Of a stretch of DNA of 16,829 nucleotides, positions 8,961-16,829 are shown piece by piece (the first letter of the stretch is position 1; each line of letters opens with the position of its first letter). The translations under genes were made by a program, and so were the position numbers. Location of the stretch: NCBI RefSeq assembly GCF_006345805.1, contig NW_021825055.1:1-16829 (forward strand), in the 5' to 3' direction. Origin of the DNA: Octopus sinensis. Lineage: Eukaryota. Under the pieces are notes generated by a model. The model was given only the letters and a program-made list of their open reading frames with translations. It did not search any database and was not told where the DNA came from.

Positions 8961-9348
8961 GCGCCATGGCCACGGCCATGCGACAACCCTTAAAACATGT
9001 GGTCAGAACAAGGAATCGGCAGAAAAATGAATGGTGCTTATAGTATGTTAACCATATATATTTATATCTGCCTGTTTGTTTGTTTGTTTGTTTGTGTGCG
9101 TGTATGTGTGTGTGTGTGTGTGTGGACTAATTCACATATATATGTGTGTGTGTGTGTGTGTGTATACATATAAAACCGTTACAATGTTTGTTAGAAACAC
9201 GCGCTCCAAGGCGCACACGTCCACTTCTTCCATATCTTACGCTGTTCCATACATTTATACACAACAAACATAAACTACGGTTCCACGGACCTTCCCTCTC
9301 CTCTCTCTTTCTTCTTTCCACGCTCTGTCTCCGTCTCTCTCTCTCTCT

Positions 9349-9384
<36 letters not shown>

Positions 9385-9566
9385 TTTATATGCACTCATG
9401 TTGAAAGTTTATTACGAATACTTAAAATAGCGATATATATGTACGCACTCACATATACAAACTTGTCCGTTTATTGTGGTCATTTACAACTATAAAGTGT
9501 ATATATCGATGTATGAGCGGATATGGTGTGTGTCTGAGTGCGTATTATGCATGCGTGCGAGTGTGT

Positions 9567-9607
<41 letters not shown>

Positions 9608-9892
9608 ATTCGAACCCATACATATAGGTGTTGTATTTACATACGCTTATAAATAACAATACGGAAACACACACACATACACACACATGCACGCACACAC
9701 ACACAAACAGCACATACACACACAGACAAATAAAACACACACACACACACATTGCATGCATGTAAACATGTCGACTCCGTCTGTCACTACGACCAGCCTA
9801 TTCCATCGTTCAAGCACGTGCGTGAAAACTAAATAAGACACCCACAAGCGCACACACGCATACATAAATTTATGTTAACTAACGAAGAAAAG

Positions 9893-9954
<62 letters not shown>

Positions 9955-9963
9955 CCGTTGTTG

Positions 9964-10005
<42 letters not shown>
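9893..10005. repeat. (ATT)n/(ATC)n microsatellite
   Basis: Directly visible. Confidence 0.95.
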
Positions 10006-10006
<1 letters not shown>

Positions 10007-10265
10007 ACACATAAACATACGCTCTCCGACACACACACTTTACATGTATAAAATGTTGTCATCTTTTATTAGTCTCCAGGCTGGAGAATAGTGGAACGAA
10101 AGTATAGGCTCTTCAGCAACTATTATTCCGTTTTAGGTACTGAGTTCTCTTTACAATTCTGTCCGTCTCCCTCTCCATCTCTCTCCCTCTCTCTCTCTGT
10201 CCCTCTCTTTCTCTAACTTGGCAGCTAGCTTGCTGTTTTACATTACATAAATATATGCACCTACA

Positions 10266-10325
10266 TTCTATCCATCCATCTATCTATCTGTCTGTCTATC
10301 TATCTATCCATCTATATATCCATCC

Positions 10326-10389
<64 letters not shown>

Positions 10390-10407
10390 GTCTGTCTGTC
10401 TGTCTGT

Positions 10408-10477
<70 letters not shown>

Positions 10478-10491
10478 GTCTATATATCCAC

Positions 10492-10553
<62 letters not shown>

Positions 10554-10576
10554 GTCTGTCCTTCTGTCTATCTGTC
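10266..10576. repeat. Compound (TCTA)n-(TCTG)n-(CCTG)n-(TCTG)n-(TCTA)n tetranucleotide array
   Basis: Directly visible. Confidence 0.95.
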
Positions 10577-11020
10577 TATATATAATACACATGCATATTT
10601 ATATATGTGTGTGTGTATAATCAAATATGTGTATATATATATATTACTGTTATGTATCAATATATATATATGTATATACGAAAATATTGTGTATATATAT
10701 ATGTGTATGTATATGTATGTATATATACATACACACATATATGTATATGTATATACACATATATATAATCCGCGCGCGAACAAACACACATTCACACACA
10801 CACACACACATTCAAAATGTTCTGCACATCACTAAATCTGGTTGCCTTCAATAATCATTCGAAGAAAATGCCACTTTTTGCTCCGATCCATTTTTTCATT
10901 AAAATCCCTCAAGACTGGACTTCGCTTCTGTCAACCACGAAATCTCATGGATCTCTAACCATTAACCATCGTTGGTAGCGGAGATCTTCACCAGTTCCTA
11001 CGGAAACCAAATTTTGACTC

Positions 11021-11023
11021 TGC

Positions 11024-11084
<61 letters not shown>

Positions 11085-11136
11085 GTGTGTGTGTGTGTTT
11101 GTGTGTGTGTTTTGTGTGTGTGTGTGTGTGTGTGTT

Positions 11137-11167
<31 letters not shown>

Positions 11168-11169
11168 TT

Positions 11170-11221
<52 letters not shown>

Positions 11222-11225
11222 TGTT
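11021..11225. repeat. Long interrupted (TG)n microsatellite
   Basis: Directly visible. Confidence 0.95.
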
Positions 11226-11645
11226 TATCGATCTGTCTGTCTCTTTGAATACACTACGATAGATTTATGTAATATAGTGACAAGTGACAACATCGCTTAT
11301 TATTATCATGGTTAATGTTATTGAATGAAAATTAGTGGATCCTCGACAATGTTTTCAGCCGGTTCTTACTAACAGTTTGCCTTAAAGCGATCACAATAAG
11401 CGGCTTCTTCCCCCCCCTGTGTGTCCGCTTATAACACTACCACACATACATATAGCCGCCACCCACTCACAGGCAGAGAAACACATTCACACCCATGCTC
11501 TTCCTTCCCTCCCTACCTCCCTCTCACCCCTTACACACAATGTTACTCACACTCGCATACTTATTGGTGTCGCATTCGCGTGCGCGCACACATACCCCCC
11601 CCTTTGTGATAGTTTTAAGAGCTTCGGAAAAATAACTTCAAAAAC

Positions 11646-11678
<33 letters not shown>

Positions 11679-12371
11679 ACATACACACTTACACATATAC
11701 ATACAAGCTGGCACACACCACACACACACACCACCAAGACTTATTTAATGAGGCGGGGGCGGGGGGGCGTTGGCCGAGGCTGAAAAACAGCGTCGTTAGT
11801 TACAGGTTTACCAATAATCAATCCTTCAATCAGTCCCCGGTGACAGGGAAGTGTGTGGGACTTCGCAGGACTTCGTTTGAAAAGAATCGGCTTTTCTTTT
11901 TTTAAAGCTTCTTGTTTACATTCTTCACTCTTTCACTCAGCGAATGATGGAAACATACACAACACACACACACATAAATACACGTATCTACGTATACACA
12001 CGTTCATAAATACACACACACACAATTACAAGCGCGAAAGCGATCAGTTACTGCCGAAACCTATCTTCCAAATTTTATCGATCAAGGTATTGGCCACCAC
12101 CACCACCACCACCACCACCACCACCGTTCTCTCTCTCTCTCTCTCCCCCTCTCTCTCTTTATCCCTTTTCCTCTCTCTCTCTCCTCTCTTCTTTCTTACG
12201 TCCCTCTCCCTTTATTTAATTCTCTCCCACTGCAGATCCTCCTCCTCCTCCTTCTCCTCCAGATGTTGACATTAAAACAGCAAAATGTAAATATGGAGAT
12301 ATATAACCTCCTCCACACCCCGCCGCTGCCGCCATTGCCGCCGTCACACCCCCGCTTTACTTTCTCCCTCC

Positions 12372-12413
<42 letters not shown>

Positions 12414-12589
12414 CCTACCTACCTACCTACCTACCTACCTACCTCTCTCTCTCTCTAGTAAGGGAGATAGGTATATGAAAATACAGCATTTCGGATCCCT
12501 CTACCCACCGACCCACCCCCGGAAACCACAACACCAGCATTAACATCATCACCCCTCCTCCTCCGACGACGACGATCTACTCCCATTCC

Positions 12590-12910
12590 GTTACCAACAC
12601 CTGTACCACTACCACCTCCCCACCACCACCACAATCATCATCATCACCACCATCACCACCACCACCATCACCACCTCCTCAACGATCACCTTACTACCAC
12701 TGTTAGTACCACCACCACCACCACCACCACCATTATTATTACTCACATTAACTATTCCGTAACTCCCCCCCTCACTCATACACACTTCAAACGCCTCCTA
12801 CCACTTATATACTCTCACCTTCACCACCACCACCACCACTCCACTTATCAAACATCACTTCACTTCTTTCTCCCCACCACCACCACCACCACCAAACCTC
12901 CAACAAGACC
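12590..12910. repeat. Degenerate (CCA)n low-complexity region
   Basis: Directly visible. Confidence 0.85.
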
Positions 12911-13397
12911 GCCGCCACCATTATTACTTCCTATATTGACATCAACCACAACAACCTCCCCAACCATCCACCACGACCATCACTTCCGAAATTGTCATCA
13001 ACTACAACAAACACACCTCTTCATCATCGTCAGGGACAACGATATATATATATGTGTGTGTGTGCGTGTGTGCATGGATGTATATATGTGTATGAATATA
13101 CACATAGCTATTTGTATGTGTATATGAGAGTATTTATATTTATTTATAAATTATACAGGATTCCGCTGTTCAAGAGGAAGGTCGTCTCATTTGGCGTTGC
13201 TCGCTCAATGAAACAACATCGAATTTAACTCGGAGTACAAACAAAAACAACAACAATAGCAACAACGAGGAGACAAAAAACATCAACAGTCTACACCACC
13301 ACCCCAACTACCACCACCACCACCACCACCACCAACGCCACCACCACCACCGCCCCCTCGGTTTTATATTCGAACAAACGTCAACTAAAGCCGTTCA

Positions 13398-13520
13398 ATG
13401 TCTCCCATTCTCTTAACAGACTGGATCATGCCGCGTCTACCCAATCTTCTTCGGACACAGTTCCAAAGGAACTATTTGTTTTTCTCTGGAGCTGACCCTA
13501 TGATGTTTGCCTCACCGGAG
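13398..13520 (+). CDS. Candidate coding exon, unknown product (MSPILLTDWIMPRLPNLLRTQFQRNYLFFSGADPMMFASPE)
   Basis: Ends in a consensus donor GAG|GTAAGT (13521) in phase 0; only one frame is open. Starts either at ATG 13398 (in-frame TAA at 13386) or at the acceptor TCTCCCATTCTCTTAACAG|13420. Confidence 0.55.
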
Positions 13521-13731
13521 GTAAGTGATGATCCTTTAAAATAATAATAATTATAATTATCAATCAGTGTCCGCCAAAAAGAAAATTTAACCAATCACCC
13601 TGCAATCTTTCTTTTATATTTATTTTCGTTTTTCGTCGCCAATCAATTTACAAGTTTTCTTCAATTAGTTTTCATTGATTCAATTAAAACTTTTAGACAC
13701 CGTTGTGAGTTTTTTTTGTCTTGCTTTACAG

Positions 13732-13759
13732 CAGTTAAAGACATTTCAACAAATTATAT
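13732..13759 (+). CDS. Candidate 28-nt microexon (QLKTFQQII) following the 13398-13520 exon
   Basis: Strong acceptor TTTTTTTTGTCTTGCTTTACAG|CAG (NAGNAG) 211 nt after the donor; frame open in phase 0; possible donor AT|GTATGT at 13760. Confidence 0.35.
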
Positions 13760-13955
13760 GTATGTACACACATACATACACACACACACACACACACAAT
13801 GTAGATATATGTGTAGTTATGTGTATGTAATATAATATATATATATATTTACACAAACACACACACACACGTATATATATGTAATATATATGCATGTAAG
13901 TATATATACATATCCTATATTCTATGTATAACCGTGTATATCTATATTCTTTTCT

Positions 13956-14007
13956 GTCGCCCACCGAAGGATGAAAGGCAAAGTCGACCTCGGCGGAATT
14001 TGAACTC
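13956..14007 (-). mobile_element. Family B SINE fragment
   Basis: CGAAGGATGAAAGGCAAAGTCGACCTCGGCGGAATTTGAACTC is near-identical to the body of 16381-16612. Confidence 0.9.
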
Positions 14008-14029
14008 GTATATCAATGGTTGCATTTAT

Positions 14030-14079
<50 letters not shown>

Positions 14080-14769
14080 TTCATATTTTGAGCGTGGATT
14101 GATGTGCATATTCTTACGGAAGGATTATTGAGTTAAGTACCAGTCATATACTGGTCGCCCCTTAATTCCCTATTAACTTCTTTCTATTAAATCCATCACT
14201 ATTTGTCCGTTCTCATTAAAAACAAAGCAACACCATCCAATCCGTTCGCTGATTGGCTGAATAAAAGTATCTATTTTAAAATTGTGGAAAAACATCTTTT
14301 CTTAACTTATGTCTTCCCTGATTCATTATGTAGTTACGTCTTTCACTTTTCTCAGGGACAAAATGTTGTGTCTCCTTTATTTTCCGAGAACAAACCCTAC
14401 TGAAATTTCAGTTAATTTTCTTTCTCTTCCTTTAAATTCACCCTTTTTCCTCGATCTCTAACGAAAATAAGTACCAGTAATGTGTCACGAAAGATATACC
14501 CGACGAGGATATACCCACTCCCCTCTAGATACTACCCTTCTGCATAAATATAATGAAGAATCAAGTTTTCTAAAGAAATCATTTTTGTTAGCAACTGTTC
14601 TTATTCCGTTCTTATTCCACCCTCATCTAGGATGATTTAAGGTAATATACTTCGTGGAGTTCAGAATTATTAGTTGCGCACCTGCCTCATGGGGGTGTAG
14701 GAAAATATTTGAAATGGGAGGGAGAATGAAATGCATTAAAATAAAATTGAAGTTTTTGAGAAAAATATC

Positions 14770-14811
14770 GGCGATGTTTCGCTTATCGGCGACGACAAGC
14801 GAAACATCGCC
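14770..14811. other. Perfect 15-bp stem hairpin with internal 3-bp stem and GCGA tetraloop
   Basis: GGCGATGTTTCGCTT (14770-14784) / A-TCG-GCGA-CGA-C / AAGCGAAACATCGCC (14797-14811). Confidence 0.9.
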
Positions 14812-14814
14812 AAT

Positions 14815-14909
14815 TTGGCCGCGGTGGAATTTGAATTCACAGCATAAGGAGCTGCAACAAATACCACCAGACACGCTATCAATGCTCCAACGATTCTGCC
14901 TACCCGCCA
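14815..14909 (-). mobile_element. Old degenerate family B SINE head
   Basis: GCGGTGGAATTTGAATTCACAGC...AAATACC...CAACGATTCTGCCTACCCGCC follows the family B pattern. Confidence 0.7.
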
Positions 14910-15420
14910 TCTTAAAGCTATGTTAAACATTCGATGAAAGATTGATTACATTTTGAAGTCAGTGTTTACTGTAGCCTTTAAAATAGGAATTAATTATTTT
15001 CTTTAAAAAAAACCCTCTAAAGAAATAAACAAATGTTTTCAGTATTTGAAAAACATTAAGAAACACAGCTTAGACACAAGTAGCAATCGGTTCGAATTCG
15101 TTCTGCACGAAATATGTACATTTGCTCAAAGTTTACAAGTTTAACTTTGAGAGTTTTGGAAAAGTTTTCCATTTTCTCTTTCTTTCCTTTAAATAATACT
15201 ATTTTTGCCATAGGTACCACGCCAAATAAACATTGATAGGAAATTGCCATGGTTGTGCAAATGTGTTTAATGAGAATTATCTTAAGATGTAAGCGGTTTG
15301 AAACATAATTTCACTCCGGACAGGATTTGAAATCGCGACGTAAAAAATATAACGATCAGCAAAGAAACGTCGCAAAAAACATGGTTTCTGGACGAACAAA
15401 CTTGGGATAAACCGTTCATG

Positions 15421-15640
15421 AATAATAATTATCGCTGCCTTGTGCACAACACCAGCAGTTTTAAGGGGAAGTGCCTTAGTTAAGACCATTGATCCCAGGA
15501 ATAGACTATTTTAATGACTCTGAAAGGATGAAAAGTGAAAATGACCCCAGCAAAATTTGAAACTCAGAACGTAAGGTCGGAAGAAATACTGCAAAGCATT
15601 TTGTCTGGTGTGCTGACGATTTCGTCGGCTCGACACCTTC
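15421..15640 (-). mobile_element. Degenerate family B SINE
   Basis: GAAAGGATGAAAAGTGAAAATGACCCCAGCAAAATTTGAAACTCAGAACGTAA...GAAATACTGCAAAGCATTTTGTCTGGTGTGCTGACGATT, preceded by short AAT repeats. Confidence 0.8.
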
Positions 15641-15647
15641 CCTTTGT

Positions 15648-15867
15648 AAATAATAGTTTCTAATTTTAGCAGTTTTGGGGAAGGGGGTAAGTTGATTATA
15701 TCGACCCCCAGCGCTAAATTGAACTTATTTGAACTTATTTATCGACCCCGAATGTTTAAAAGGGAAAGATTACTGCGCTAGAATTTGAACTCAGAACGTC
15801 AAGCCTGAAGAAATGGCGCGAGGTCTTTTGTTCAACGTGCTTAACGATTTTGCCAGCACGCCACCTT
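15648..15867 (-). mobile_element. Degenerate family B SINE
   Basis: GATTATATCGACCCC...TTATTTATCGACCCCGAA...GAATTTGAACTCAGAACGT...AACGATTTTGCCAGCACGCCACC; has a small tandem duplication TTGAACTTAT x2. Confidence 0.8.
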
Positions 15868-15885
15868 CCGTTCGTAAAACACCGA

Positions 15886-16025
15886 AAGTAGCTTGCTTCC
15901 CAACCACATGGTTCTGGGTTCGGTCCTACTGCGTGGAACCTTGGGCAAGTGTCTTCTACTGTAACCTCGGGCCAACCAAAGACTTGTGAGTGGTTTTGGT
16001 AGACGGAAGCTGAAAGAAGCCCGTC

Positions 16026-16064
<39 letters not shown>

Positions 16065-16249
16065 TCTGTGTTTGTCCCTTCATCATCGCTTGACAACCGA
16101 TGTTGGTGTGTTTATGTGGTTCGGCAAAAAAGAACAATAGAATAAGTACTGGGCTTACAAATCTTGGGGTCGATTTGTTCGACTAAAAAGGTGGCGCTCC
16201 AGCATGGCCGCAGTCAAATGACTGAAACAAATAAAAGAATAAGAGAATA
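15886..16249 (+). mobile_element. Family A SINE lacking the first ~20 nt
   Basis: AAGTAGCTTGCTTCCCAACCACATGG...GGGTTCGGTCCTACTGCGTGGAACCTTGGGCAAGTG...(TG)n...GCATGGCCGCAGTCAAATGACTGAAAC. Confidence 0.92.
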
Positions 16250-16313
16250 TGGTCGTATCTTCGAAGAAATGATACAAGTCAAATGAGAGGAACGAAGCAG
16301 TTTAGATGAATAC

Positions 16314-16380
16314 AAAGGATGAAAGGTAAAGTCGACCCCGGTGGAATTTGAACTCAGAACGTAGCGGCAGACGAAATACC
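16314..16380 (-). mobile_element. Family B SINE internal fragment (headless), fused to the next copy
   Basis: AAAGGATGAAAGGTAAAGTCGACCCCGGTGGAATTTGAACTCAGAACGTAGCGGCAGACGAAATACC closely repeats 16499-16564. Confidence 0.9.
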
Positions 16381-16612
16381 TATTTCTTTACTACCCACAA
16401 GGGGCTAAACACAGAGAGGACAAACAAAGACAGACAAACGGATTAAGTCGATTATATCGACCCCAGTGCGTAACTAGTACTTAATTTATCGACCCCGAAA
16501 GGATGAAAGGCAAAGTCGACGTCGGCGGAATTTGAACTCAGAACGTAACGGCGGACGAAATACCGCTAAGCATTTCACCCGGCGTTCTAACGTTTCTGCC
16601 AGCTCGTCGCCT
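16381..16612 (-). mobile_element. Young full-length family B SINE with a different 3' tail
   Basis: Intact head (reverse complement GGCGACGAGCTGGCAGAAACGTTAG...B-box GAGTTCAAATTC); its tail (TATTTCTTTACTACCCACAAGGGGCTAAACACAG... on +) differs from that of 5341-5550. Confidence 0.92.
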
Positions 16613-16829
16613 TCGCATACAAATATATTGTAACGTTCAATCAATTCTCGTATCTCTCCCCCCCCCCGCCACATCCACATTTGCATACATCGTTATCGAT
16701 TATCAATTCACTTAAACAACATAGTTTCCATTTATGTTGAAACACGTAACTTTCATTGATTCGCTTTACGTTCAAAATGTTACGTTATATCATTGGCATA
16801 GACTTTTGCTGACAAAACACCACGTTTAT

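Noticed and set aside
12263-12478. ORF starting right after a pyrimidine tract + CAG
   Set aside because: The acceptor is a by-product of CT/CCT microsatellite and the ORF runs into further microsatellite.
13159-13416. Poly-Asn/poly-His frame after acceptor TATACAG
   Set aside because: Stops at TAA before the donor, in a different frame from the candidate exon; more likely UTR or intron with AAC/CAC repeats.
14623-14930. Three overlapping ORFs (14623..14910, 14654..14926, 14736..14930)
   Set aside because: They span the palindrome and a decayed SINE; no start/splice context or recognisable domain.
15214-15288. Exon-like segment with TTTTTGCCATAG acceptor and GTAAGC donor
   Set aside because: Stop codons in all three frames, so not an internal coding exon; a UTR or poison exon cannot be excluded without RNA data.

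Overview
Eukaryotic, extremely repeat-dense window. The tRNA-derived SINE families and microsatellite load point to an octopus/coleoid cephalopod genome; this is recognised from memory, not from a database search. No complete protein-coding gene is visible, and almost every ORF in the supplied track is a translated microsatellite. Recognisable content: (1) a ~1.27 kb fold-back structure (1917-3184) made of two inverted copies of a unit [tRNA B-box fragment + (AAT)n + minimal type I hammerhead ribozyme of the Penelope-element kind], with a separate ~550 bp element inserted in one arm; (2) a 5'-truncated, pseudogenised R4/Dong-clade non-LTR retrotransposon (5563-6646: post-RT region, CCHC knuckle, restriction-like endonuclease) sitting in its (TAA)n target; (3) about a dozen whole or partial copies of two tRNA-headed SINE families, called family A and family B here, one with an inverted 5' half and one in a partial tandem; (4) unidentified candidate coding exons (minus 428-588; plus 13398-13520 with a possible 28-nt microexon at 13732-13759); (5) an isolated CpG-rich perfect hairpin at 14770-14811.
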